Assembly (NCBI GenBank): GCA_030141605.1
Contig: JAQGDQ010000092.1
Span: 595,730 to 659,729, forward strand
Source of the DNA: Tubiluchus corallicola
Lineage: Eukaryota > Animalia > Priapulida
DNA: 64,000 bases
Reading direction: 5' to 3'
Position numbers and translations under genes: made by a program. Of this stretch, positions 1-13,500 are shown in pieces. Each line of letters starts with the position of its first letter. Position 1 is the stretch's first letter. The notes under the pieces were generated by a model. It made no database searches and was not told where the DNA came from. It saw nothing but the letters and a program-made list of their open reading frames with translations.

Positions 1-1382
1 TGTTATTTCTAAGCTGAGATAATCCACATTAAAGTCGAGGTGGACCTTGCACGCTGAAAAACATAACCTTGAGAAAATCGCTAGGAAAGTTAGCCATTGT
101 TTTTTGTTGCATTTCTACAAAACACTTAGCAACCGTTTGCCAGAACTCACTGAAGCTATGTTTAAATCCAGTAGATAGCACTTCCGGAGGACGACCTGGA
201 TTTGGCAACACAAAAAACCCGAAGCAAAATGACTGCTTTCACGAGCTACTATCAGAGTTTGAAAATACAAGTTTTTTACAATTGCAGTACTAGTTTTTAG
301 CCAGAAAAGTGGGTTATAAAATTAGATTTTTAGTATTTTTTTCTTCTTTCTTGATAATTTGATGCTAAAATATAAAGGTGTGTAGTTCGGCTATAAATAA
401 ATATCATTTAGCTCACGCGCAAAAATTGCTGTCTTGGTGTTATGCACTAACTTTGAAACGTGTACCAAATATTGAATCTTTTAATAAGTTTCAGCAATTC
501 TTAGCAAGGAATGGCCTTGCAACTTGTTATGTAAGCAAACTAAGCATGATGCGAAAAACTCCTAACTCTATTTTTTTCTTTGACGATTAATTTACTGAGT
601 GCTTTTTGTTCTCTCGGTCAATTAATTGACTATGTACTAGCAAGACAGACTGCTACAGTTAGCCTGTTTCACTAATAGTATTTAAATCATGCTCATATAC
701 TTTACTTTCTGACCGTTTTCAGTGAGAGAATGTGTCGTGGAAAAATGATATCTATAGTATTCTTATGTAGTGGCACTCCCCTAATGTCTGACAGCTCCTT
801 TGAGCATGCTCAGTAATTGCTCGCTGTGCAATACTATCACACATATATAATCGTCAGTCTACTTAAGCAAGCTACCTGATGATGTGTAACAGTTGTTGTC
901 GATAGCACCATTCTTGTACATATCCATTTTTGTAATAATAACATGTTTATTTTATTGGTTTGTGTGCAACTGATATTACACATACATTGGTATGTACAAC
1001 AATACATTTATCCATAAGTCCTTTCTTTTTTATAAAATACATTTCAAACTGTCCATCTGTCATCAAAGTGGGATAACTAATTAATTAATTATCATCTGCC
1101 CTTGGTACACTAAAACTTTTAATGTTATTGGGCCAAAATGAAGGTTTTGTAATGAACTGGACCGTAACGAAGCTTGTATCCCTTCTATGGTAAGCCTATA
1201 ATTTCTCTGCAGTAAACAAGAAGCGACTTACTTGATCAGAATCACACTACAGCACACTTCATCAAAAAGCTCTTTTTGTCAATGTTAGTCATATTATTTT
1301 GTTTATTTATTAGTTGCTAAGAAATGAGCTTGTTGATGTGTAATATATCTTCCAATATTATTTATTGCTCATACGTTTTCCG

Positions 1383-1517
1383 GTAAGTAGCAGATGTGAT
1401 TTTGTAGGCAAGCCTGGTATTGCTGGCGATTTAAAATATTACACATGTTCCACTTAAGGTAATTAATAGTGTATTTGATTTTGTCGTAGTGTTTATAGAT
1501 TTCATGCGTAATTTCAG
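1383..1517 (+). other. Probable 5' UTR intron of DPP3
   Basis: GTAAGT donor at 1383 and TTTCAG acceptor ending at 1517, 8 nt before the ATG. Pairing of these two sites is inferred. Confidence 0.5.
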
Positions 1518-1525
1518 GTTAAAGA

Positions 1526-4500
1526 ATGTCTTCCCCTTACACTCTACCGAACAACACTCCAGTTGTACAATTAGACTGCAAAGATGCTTTTGCTGGTCTT
1601 TCTCTTAAAGAGAAGTTATATGCACATTACTTATCTAAAGCTGCTTGGTATGGCGGACTCATTGTTCTTATGCAGGTACATGTATATTAATTCACTGTGC
1701 ATAATAGCTATTACATTACATACATTGTAAATAGTAAAGTTCATCAGTTGTGTTTGTGATTATCTGCATTGCTGTGTCTAGTGTACATCTTGTGCATATG
1801 TTTTTTTATCTTTGCGAACTGCTTCATTCAGTTTATGTACAATTTTTCTGTACAATGTATGTAGGATGCACAAACCAGCTAGATGATGACAAATTGCACT
1901 ATAGGCTTACATTGTTTTTAATGCATCTAGTAATCAGGTCTGGGTTATTGTGTTATTGCGTATTAACCTTGTGGACGTGAAAAAACCTTATCAGTTCTTT
2001 CCACAAAGGCTTGCAGAAAAAAATCACGTGACACTTGCTCCTAGTTGCGAAATACTATTGTACATTTTGGTTGAAATTCACTCTCGTTTGAATATTATGC
2101 ATCCGTTCTGCATCCGTGATAAAAACCCTTGCATTATTTATTCCGCGGGTATTTTGAAAGAGTTTATAAGCAGCTGTATATGCAATAACACGGGCACTGC
2201 TTAACAATAAAATCAGTCCTAATCTGTGTCAGATATATTTTTCGTTACATTTTAGACATCACCAGAGTCGCCAGCTATCTTTTTAGTATTACAGAAGTTA
2301 TTTCGAGCGCAACCTTTGAAAATGCTAGAGGAATTGGCACGAAGCCCTTCTTGTGGCTTCACGGAAGATGAATGGAAGGTAGAAATTATATTTTTTGAAC
2401 TTTCTTAAATGCTCTGAAACAAAGTGAAACTGTGGCACCTGCTGATTTAAAACTGATCCGTACTGCAGTAGAGATCTTTGTGTATAAAAATATCAAATTG
2501 CGTATAAAGGACCTAGTATGCTGTTCAGGTCTTTTTTCATAGAAACTGAGGTCTTTGGACTCCATACAGCGGAAAAAATGAATAATTGCATATTTGCTGT
2601 TGTTTTTGAAAGTTGTAATATAAATGGCTCTATTGACCAAAATTTCTCAGTGTGTGGCCTTGATCCAAAGCACACACCTGTTGAGTTAAACTTTTATTTT
2701 CTGCAATACTGTTTTCATTTCATGCATGGGGATTGTTCAGTAATTTTTATCAAAATCATCTTTCACTTTTAGTTTGTCTATTAGTAATAAATCAGTCACT
2801 CAATCAGCTGTTTATTTCACACATAAAAGATGCATAGCAAACAAAAAGGCGATGTAGAAAATTAAAATTTGAAGTTATTTATAGATAGAGAATTTTTTAT
2901 GTATTCATTGATGTTATTCCAAAGTCTAGGGCCAGTATTAGTGATGAAGTGCTTATACAGACTAACGTTGGTCCACCAGATAAAAGAGTGCAACCATCGA
3001 ATTGACAGGCATGCACCTGAAATGTGATAATTTTATTGTTTATACGACATTTTCAAACTTAAATAATAACGTATTACTTCTAATGTATGGCAATTTGGGC
3101 TGGGATTTCATAGATTCATTGTTCTTTTGAAGGGAAGGAGAAAACATGCTGCCTGACATTACCATCACATTTTCACTTGGATGTACAAAAAATAATATCA
3201 TGTTTATTAGCACTGTCTTTTACACTGATAAGTGATTTTTTGCAAAGCAACCCCACACTGAGTCACTCGTCTGCAGCATTGTTTTGAAAATGCAAATGTA
3301 GGAATATAGAAAAAAGGTGTCACTGCTCAGTGATGACTGAAGTGAAACTAATTACTCAATTTTTTTTAATCCCATGCTAAAATTATAACAATTAAAAAAA
3401 CATTAATTGTACTAACATTCCACTGTAAAGTTTTCGCAACGTAACTGAAACAGGTAAATGTGATGCACGAAATGCACAAAACACATCAATTTGCTCATTT
3501 TGCAGCGTTTTAAATTTTAATGTGCTTTTTGTTTAGTACAAGTAGCTCGTGCTGTACATGATTGTGTCACTGAATCCGCCGGGAAATTTTGCTCGAAGGC
3601 CATTCACAGCGGGTTTTTGCAAAATTGTTCAAATGCATTTTAATGCTGTGATTGCACAAATTGTTCGTAGGTAAGAAACTCGCGAAAGGCTTCGTGAATC
3701 GCACTTTAGAAAGTGCTAATGAACATGTTAGTGAACCCAGCACTTTTGCCAAATCTCATTGTTTTTAAGGCACTAATAATATCTGAAACCGATACATATA
3801 TAAAATCATTATTAATCTCATTAATGTATTTTTCTAGTTTCTACTTCACTGTTTATAACAGGATTCAGGAGGCTGTTATGATGGGCGCCCCATGCGTTTG
3901 GAATGTTTGAGTATCGGAAATGTCACTCTTAGTATTAGAAATGTGTGACTTTTTAGCATTAAATTTTCTGATACTTTTCAAGAAAGGCAAATGATTCTTA
4001 TTAGCTGACCATTGGCTAGCGACTCTATAGCCGTGCTATCATTATGTTTTTTACAATATCTTAATGCATTTTTAAATTTATACCTATTTTATTTCGCGTA
4101 TGTGTACAAAGTCCCTTGTCGGGGTTTTTATAAATTTTAATTCCAGTGCTTGCTGAAGTTTGTTTTTGTTTTGCAGGCTTTACTGATCTATGCCTCAGGT
4201 GTCTATACAAATATGGGAAATTACAAGGGATTTGGCGATACAAAGTTTATTCCAAATTTGCCTCAGGTATTAAAGAAAGACATATTACATTAATTGTCAT
4301 ATGGGCTGTTACAATAAAAAAGCAACAAGTTTGTGGATTGTAGTATATTCAAGCATGTCGTCCAATTTTTGCCCATTACTCAGATTTTTTTTGCTTGCAG
4401 AAATCTCGTGAATAAATTAGAATCTTGGCAGTATGCCAGTCTAATTAGCTTTTTGAGATAATATTCATCGATCACGTTCACTTAGTTGTGAATAGATCTG

Positions 4501-7500
4501 AGAAGCTAGTAGCTAATGTGTTCAAAAACACGGATGCCTTTTCGTATTCGTGCATGGGCTGCATTATACCCCATCTGGAGTCCTGGTGTTTTACCTTTTG
4601 CCACAAAAGTAGCTTGGACATGGATATGTTCCTCTCACTATCTAAATACTAAACAGAGCTGATTTTGTTAGCACTGTTGAATCAGTTGTGAGCACTTTCT
4701 AAAGGTAAATAACTGCAAATGGTGTGCCAAAGACTTTGGAATGAACATTAGAAGCAATTTTTGTGTTGCCATTGACTGATCAAGTACATAGGCTTCCTGG
4801 TTTCGCAGATATCTTTTCACAGCAAGCAGGTTACCCATTGTACTAAATTTGTTCCTTGTCAAAAAAGAGTGTCTGGACCTCCTGGACCCTTGTCCCACTG
4901 GATCCACAACTAACACCTTATTGTGGATTTCTAGGAAAAGCTCGAAAAACTTATACAGCAGAATATAGCATTGATGACACAGCCGCACATGGAGGAACTC
5001 TGGAGTTATTGCTCTACTGCCATGTATTCATTGACTGAGCGAGAAAAAGAACTCGGGTTGGGAGAAAATGTAAGTAACCTCTTTTGGAAACGTGATGAGG
5101 TCATGTTTTTTATTCTGAGTGTATTTGTCCCTGTGAGCCCTCGAGACTCGAGGTAATTAAAGAGTAGCTATTACATTTTACACTGAATCTGGTTAGTGGT
5201 TGGGTTCACATCAATTTTAACATATATATAGTGGGACTTGGAAACAGGGATTACATCCATATTTATTTGATTCAAATTTACATGGGTGAATGCGAATTGT
5301 TTAATATTATCTGTCGGCAAACACTAGACAGTTATGTTTACATCTGATTAATATTGTTAAGCTTGCATAAGTTTGTGCTGTGAGGCATTTTGTTTCCCAG
5401 AAGTAGATTATAGCTAAATGGCCTAGCTTTCGAAATTGATGGAGTTTAGATGAAAGTAATTAGCCAATGATGTCTGGCTATTGATAATATGTAGATAATA
5501 ATAAATATTGGTTAATCAGGGTTTTTACTTGTTTTATGTGTTTTTGTCTATTGGTAATATGCCAAATAATAACATATATTGGTTAATCAGTGGATTTTAC
5601 TTGTTTTGTGTGTTTTATAGCTGAAAAGTTGTAGCTTATAAGAATACTCACTTCATATTGAAAAAGAAATGGATAGCCTTCCCTACTTGAAGAACTCTAG
5701 AGATAGTATCTAATTGCTAGATTACTTTTTGGGTGAAATCTGTACAATACTTCATAATTTTTGCATTTTCTTTTAGGGCGTTAGCACATATTTTTCTGCC
5801 AATTGTACGAAGAAAGATGCTGAACTTGCTCAAAAGTTTATGGATGATAAGGTGATAACTGTTAATTGTATATGCAAATCAAGCAAGATTAATTGAACAC
5901 TGTTGATGAGCTTATTAAGATACTTCTGAATCTCTATGGTTATACAACTGCCTTTTTTTGTATAGACAAAAAGTAAAAGTTTTGAAAATTCTCCTGCTTT
6001 TCATGCAAGTTTCCATTTTGAGATAATTTAGCAAGATTCCAGCATGACTTCATTAGTTTGAAATCCTTAATCTGGATCCTGAATATGCATACATTTTCAT
6101 TGTTTTGGCACTCTGTAAGCTAAAATCCATGGAATCTATTTAATGGAGATGGCTGTGGCATGACTGAAGTTTAGCTCATTTTCCTGTATGATCACCTAAA
6201 ATGAAATACTGACCTGGCAGCAGTGTCTTAGCTATGTCCCTGAATGAAGTAAATGGTAGGGGTATTATGACAAGTGAAACACATTTTCCCGACATTCACC
6301 TACCATTTACTGATTAGATTCAACATTACTTAATGTTGCTCACTAAGCATATGCTTTAACTATTAAACTAATCAATTATTCCCACACTTGTTGTTGCAGA
6401 TGTATGCAGTCGGTGTTATGAGCCAATGTCTTGCACTTGTCTGAATTTGTTTTGACATATTTAGCATACAAACTGTTTTACATCTACACGTTTATATGCA
6501 GTAGTTTTTTTTGTAGGGTATAAGTCCATATAATACACGCCTTTTCAAAGTACAAAGAAATGAAAAGCCTTGTTATGAAGTTAGACTTGCCTCTGTTTAC
6601 ACGCTGGGTAAGCAACTTTAGAATTTTTAAATAAATTATTGTATTACTAGTTTTAAGCAGCTCGGCTCTGCGTTTGAGCTAAAACTACAAATTTGACAAT
6701 TAAGTTAAACATTGTGTTAAAGTACGCAATTAAGCTGTATGGCCTACTGGTTGTTGCTTGCTGACAAATGAATCCCATTTGTTCTGACGGACACGGTATG
6801 CTGTAGCTTAGATGTACTACCAAAAAGTTGGTAAAATTGAACGTGAAGTCTTACCTTCGGTATTAGATGAATTACTCTTTTGACAGCTATCTTCAAACTT
6901 CACAACACTTCAAATCTTGGTTTTATCCACGTTTGGCAAATAAATGTACAATTTTTTTTTACATATTACTTACAACTAACTAGTTTGCAACAATTTTTAA
7001 TGTAGGAATTTAGCTGATCTACTAAAAAAAATTCTTGCCTTATATTGTCTGACATTGCCATAATTCTGTGTCAATGTAGCGTGTATGTTTTGAAGATACT
7101 CTGAACAGTGATGCAGACATGACAGAATTCTTAGGAGACTGCGAATTTATTGGAGAATCGTTTTCAGTAACGAGAGGAGACTACTCAAAACTTATGTGTT
7201 ATGTAACGAAATATCTACAAAAGGCTAAGGTAAATGTTCCTACCATTTTAACTCATTCCTGTAGATTCTTCATTAAGTATCCATAATTTTGTGATAAATT
7301 TTACTATGTGCAAGGTGCAAACTCACTTTTAGAAGTAGCGATGTCTTTTGTGTATGACTGGATCTGACCAAACAATGATCGAAGAAAAATTAAGACCAAC
7401 TGTGTAACATGGAACACTAAAAATACCTTAACTACGGCTGCAAAACTTCTATTTGATTATGTGGGGAAAAATATTAAGAAGTTTTTATGTATAAATGAAA

Positions 7501-10500
7501 TGCTGAATAATGAGTACCAACACTGATTTCTTTGTACCAAGACTCAGAATAAATTACTTAGTTGCAGGTAAGTAGTTAGTTGATTTTCTTAAAGCCACAA
7601 TTTTTTATGTGCATAGCTGGAAAGAAAGATTCGTAGTTAGTTATTATAGCTTCTTATTATTATTTTTTGCTATACTTTTTTACTGTTATTACTGTCCATG
7701 GCCAAACATTTTGAAAGGCCAAAGTGCAACTTTTATAATTCCTTCTAATAAATCTGTCAGATAAAAATGATGCCCTGCAACTTCTCACTCAGCTAGACAA
7801 GTCTGTTAATTTAGACTCAAAATTAGTTTAGTACAGAGAATTTTTTTTACCAAATGCCTTGTGTAGTATGAAAAAAACTGCAGATAGGTTTCACCTCTTC
7901 TCTCTGCTGATGTTTTCTAATCAATTTTTTTATTTTTAATTTTTCTAGCAATATGCGGCAAATGAATGTGAAGAAGCCATGTTAACGAATTATATAAATA
8001 GTTTCACTACCGGTTCACTGCCAGCTCATAAAGATGGATCTCGACATTGGATTAAAGACAAAGGACCCATCGTTGAAACGTAAATTTTACTGTACACAAA
8101 GAGTAGTTAAGTTGGAGATCCAAAGATGCCAGATACATTGTTCATTAGTAATTAATATTTTCAAAACCCCAAAAAGTTCTTCCATTTTTGGTATTAAAAT
8201 CTGAATTGCATTTGAAAATTTAGGAATGGTATATTAAAGTGCATTGATTTATCCTTGTTGACTTAAAATCTATACTAATGATAGTAGTAGTAGCAGTAGT
8301 AGTAGTGATTTTATTTACACAGTAAATAAATCATTACAATGAATTTTGCCAAGAAGCCCTCTAAAAACAATCAGCGGACGAACCAAAGGGCACCTGTGAT
8401 AATTATATCTAAATCGATAACATTGGCAATTATCGGTTCACTTTTAAAATCATATGAGCATATTTACACATGGACATACTGTTATTGCAATTGTCAAAAA
8501 AGCTTATTAAATTGGTAAAGTTCAAATCTTTATAAATGTTTTTCTTATTTCCTCTATTTTTGCACTGTCACACACAACATGGTTTTCAATTTGCACAGTT
8601 TGATACAGTTTTCGGCTTGTATTGAACTTTGTTGCTTAACGTGTCTAGTTGACTAATTTGTAGTGAGGTTTAGGGCTGCCAAGTTTATTAAATTTAGTAA
8701 ACGTTTACATGACAGCTACTAAACGAAACGATTCCATTTACATGCTGTAGCTATTTGTGTACTGTAAAACATGAAATTAATGTCTACTGGAAATGTCTGC
8801 GAATTTTACGTGGACGGCCTTGATGCAATAATTTCCAGGCACATAAATTACACTAGTGATGAAGGTGCTGGCAAATGTGCAAATGCTTGTTTAGCACTGC
8901 TAAATTCAGACAACATTATTAACATAATCGCATTGCTAGTAATGTGTCTTACTGTACGGGTGCTCACCAAACCAATGATTATGAAATGAAGACATAAATT
9001 TCCATTAATTTTTTTCCTGATAATTTGTTTAGAATCATGTATCCCAAAAATATAACTTCACAAAGAAGGCTTTGAAACCCAAATCCGATAAATTCGACTC
9101 GTATTTTTTACTATGACATGACAGTACTATACAAAGATGTGTTCTTTGGGCATGAACAATACCGCCTCACGCAATATCGCCTTTTATCATGCAGTATATT
9201 GGCTTTTTTTATCTGTATGATCCAGCTTCGAATACAATGTCTAGACTGATTAATTAATCACTGCTGCTAGACGATTCACTAATTACTGCTGCGAGACAAA
9301 ACTGTTTACATTGATATTTTGACATGGCATTCCAATCTAACATTTTGATGACCTGACATTGTAAATTTACTTCTAAATATTGGCAGTGATTTAAGTGTTG
9401 TATAATACGAGCTTGTATTCGCTTTTTTAAGCCATAAACGTATGCTGTAATATCTAACTATTTATTACAACTGGAAAGGTTTAGGAAGGAATTTTAATGA
9501 AAAGTTCTGTGCTCTTAGCATGTTCATATTTAGTATCTTTTATAGATAATAAAAATGCATTATAAATTTGTAGATTTAAAAAAAATTGTTAGACTTTAAT
9601 GTCAACTTTTTTTGTTCACTAAATTTAGACGGTATTACCGTCTGGTTATCAACAAAATGAAATGTCGCTAAAGATCACAAGGAAAGGCGATTTGCATAAA
9701 AGCTTGACAAAGAAGGAGAAAATTTGTCTAAAAACTGTCGTAAAATTGTCCACATTTAACCATTGCTGTATTTTTCCAGGTACATTGGATTCATTGAATC
9801 GTATCGAGATCCAGTTGGTGTTCGTGGAGAATTTGAAGGTTAGTTTTAGCTTAATTAACTCATTTAAATAGCCTTTTAGGGTTCTTCGCTTTAGAAGTGA
9901 TACGATAACTCACACCGATTTTGCTTGTGTTTTGTAGCTGCATTTGGCAAAATGTATGACGCTTACATTAGTGCTATGGTGCCTGAACATTTCAGTTACT
10001 TTAACAAAGTCACTCAAAGTTTGCGAGTTCCATTCTGGTGTGGAGAGTCAGAACCAGGGCCGGATTGTGGCTTTTAGGGGCCCCTAGGCTAATGAAATTA
10101 TGGGGCCTCCTCAGATGGAGTCACCCTCTAACTCGCCCACAACAGTCTTGAATAATTTTTGTGCGTGATACATTTTACTGATAGTTACCTAGCTTGAAGT
10201 AAACTTCTTTAAATGCACTAGAATAGCTATTTTTCATTTGTCAATAAAAACATTCTTTAAGAAATACCACTGTTTTACTATTAATTGCAAACCAAATTAG
10301 TAACATATTTCAGCATAGTGAAAAAGAGATTTAAGGGGTCCTAGGCTACAGCCTATAATAGCCTATGGGATAATCCGGCCCTGGTCAGAACAAAGACCGA
10401 ATACCGATCAATCACTAGTTGTAATTTTTTTGCAGATTTGTTGATCTGATCAAAATAGATCAAGAAATAAATTTGTACTATTGACAGAGTCTACAAATTC

Positions 10501-13500
10501 TTAGTAGCAAGAAAAGTATTAATTGGTGAAAATGTTCCACGACAATTCATTTCTTGTTCCTTTTCATTACTGTTAGTGACTATTAAAATTAGTATTTGTA
10601 TGTTTTTTGTCACGTTGGCAGTTTTTGCATACATATACATTGCAGATGTCTAATCAAATTATTGATGATGAATGAAGCCAAAATGAAGTGTGAAGTGAAA
10701 TACCACATTTCATAAATAACATCTTTTATCATACTGACTAAGAATTTTTTAGCAGTAATTAAATTCGTTTTGGTCGAAGCATGTTCTATATTAAATTTTG
10801 TAGATATAAGGCCAGGTATAGGTGCCGATCAGTCAAATGTGTTTTCTAATCGATCTTAGGTTTTTCTTCCGATACTGTTCGGTCACCGGTCACCAATACT
10901 TGATCGGATTGGTACACCGCTAGTCAAACTAACATTGTCACGTTACTTTTGAAAAATATTAAGTGTGAGATGGCTTGTTTGGAACATTATCTAACAATGG
11001 CATGCTAATTTAAACCAGTTTTGGATGGCTTATTGTGTGTGAAACTACGCATGTACATCCAACTTGCTTCAAAATTTACCTAATATAGAATTTCCTTCTT
11101 TTAGGCTTTGTTGCCATTGTGAATAAGAAAATGAGCCAGAAGTTTCAGATGCTTGTGGAATTAGCAGAAACGTTTCTAAAGCGGCTGCCGTGGGGAATGG
11201 ATTACGAGAAGGATAAATTTCTGAAGCCGGATTTCACATCTCTAGACATTCTGGCATTTGCGGGTAGTGGCGTTCCAGCAGGAATCAATATACCCAACTG
11301 TATGTATAAAATTCATATTACCATGTTTCGGAATTATTGCCGTTGATATTGTTGTTGAATAAAAATTTGGAATTAACTTGGCATTATGCAAAAGTTCTTA
11401 AATGACTTCAAAGCTTCACAAAACATCAAATATAAAATAACAACTATGGTTAGGGATGCATTATTTTCCAGCTGACTTAGGCAAAAAATGGATCAAATTA
11501 AATCCATGATCTGATGACATGTTAGAATCTATGACCAGTGTCGAGAACAATGCCAGTATGCCGCTTCTCGTGTAAAAGTGTTTATTTGTGGTTACTTGGA
11601 TCTGCTCTTGCAAACCTGTTTCATAGTATACATTTAACTCTATGTCAACTAGTTTACATAGCATGTGTAATCACTTGCATATAGGCTTCTTTCTCAGAAG
11701 GTATACATAGTTTTAATCTTGCCAAGATTTTTCTAGCTAACTTTGGGTGTCATACTATGACATTATGACATTCTGCCCCTCCTCTTGGTATGTAGGCATT
11801 ATATTTGTATTTTGTAGTGTTTATGTAAACTGTTTCACTCGTGCTCATTTTGATTTAGTCGTTAGCTTAATGTAGCCAATGGCTGATACGTAGCATTTAG
11901 CTCTATTTTTCTCTGCTTAAAACATAGCATTTAGCTGTATTTATTCGCGTCACCATTATCATGTAATCATTGTAAATATCACTTGTTAAATATTCATGTA
12001 ATGTTAAAATAACTATGCGCATATTTTAAATCTATCGTTCTTGTTTTCTTTAAATGGCATTACTACTCAGAATTTTGATATTAACAAACTTTATTCTAAT
12101 CATATATTTGCACCTCGCAAAATGTGGATTTGGACTTTAAAACACCAGGGTTTTTGGTCGCCCAATAATTTCTTTCCTCCCTTTCCTAAAATTTCAACAA
12201 TATTTACAAAAAACAAAAACCTAATCCGCTTTCGCTACAAACCGCTTTGAGGTCAGTTTACTTTTAAACTCCTTTGAGCATTGTCGTTTTACTTTTTGGA
12301 ATTAAGCTTTTGACTGGTTGAGTATCATGCAACATGCTTGTAATTTCTTTTTAATATTCTAGTCAAAAAACCACATCTGTTTGTCTTTTCTTGTATTATT
12401 TAAATCAATGATATCTTCTATTTTAATTACACATAAATTTTTATTAGTATGATTACATTCCTATTGTCAGATGATGACATTCGTCAAAATGAGGGATTCA
12501 AGAATGTGTCTCTAGGCAACGTGCTTAATGCTGGCTATAAGGAAGATACAATCACGTTCCTTAGTGAACAAGATAAAGTAAGATTTATATTTTTTTAGTT
12601 GCAGTTTTGTTTAACACTAAAATGTGAAGAGTGCTTCAAATGTGAAAATGAAATACACTTAGTGTAGGGCACAGGAAATCAGACATTTTGTTCTATCAGG
12701 ACGCTTGTTTTCTGTAAGTGGTTATGCTTAAACAAGTATCCTAGCCTCTTATTTAAATTACCTTTGTTTGCTAAAATTACTTTTTGTAATCTTTTTTTAA
12801 AATTATTACAATCCCAAACAAATTTCATAGCATGCACTTTTGCTCATGCTATGTATGAAGAGCATGTATGAAACTTGTTTCGGATTGTAATAATTTTAAG
12901 AAATAATTACCAAACATTTTTGTAATTGCTGGTTAGCTAGCGAAATATAATTGAATTTTTGTAATGCTCACAGAGCAATTAAAATTGTAAGTTTTTATAT
13001 TTGTGTAAAACTACAGTTGAGCTACATTGTATAGAAGATTGAAATTCGTAATAACTTACTATAGTGAATGTTTGTGATGTTACGATTTGCTTCATCGTTG
13101 TAATAAACCTGTAGATAATGCATGAATTTTAATGTCGTTATAGTTTCTGTGCATATTCATTCACCTTTTTAAATTGATGTCATTAATCTTTTCTTTGCAT
13201 GTCTTTTGGAAGCTATCTTACTGTGTAAAATGCAAAATTGTTGTTAACACCAATATTTATAGGGTAAATGTAAAATTGTTGTTTTTGTTTGATGTTGATT
13301 TTTCACATAACTTTGTCTGCTTATTTATGTGCTTTTTTGCAGGAATTATATAAGAACTTCCGGATTCCAGCATTTGAGGTACAGGTGGGATTGCATGAGC
13401 TCCTTGGTCATGGAAGCGGAAAGCTCTTTCAAGCTGACAAGGCAGGGAAACTGAATTTTGATGTTGATAAAATCGCTAATCTTATCACAGGAGAGAAGGT

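Noticed and set aside
29-590. Short ORFs at the window start, including minus-strand MANFPSDFLK followed by GT
   Set aside because: No recognisable protein. The nearby GTGTTGCCAAATCCAGG resembles a DNA-transposon end, so a gene cannot be supported.
2941-3020. GTGATGA...CTGA box C/D-like pattern in DPP3 intron 2
   Set aside because: Weak terminal stem, no clear C'/D' boxes, and only about 7 nt of complementarity to a remembered 18S segment. Consistent with chance.
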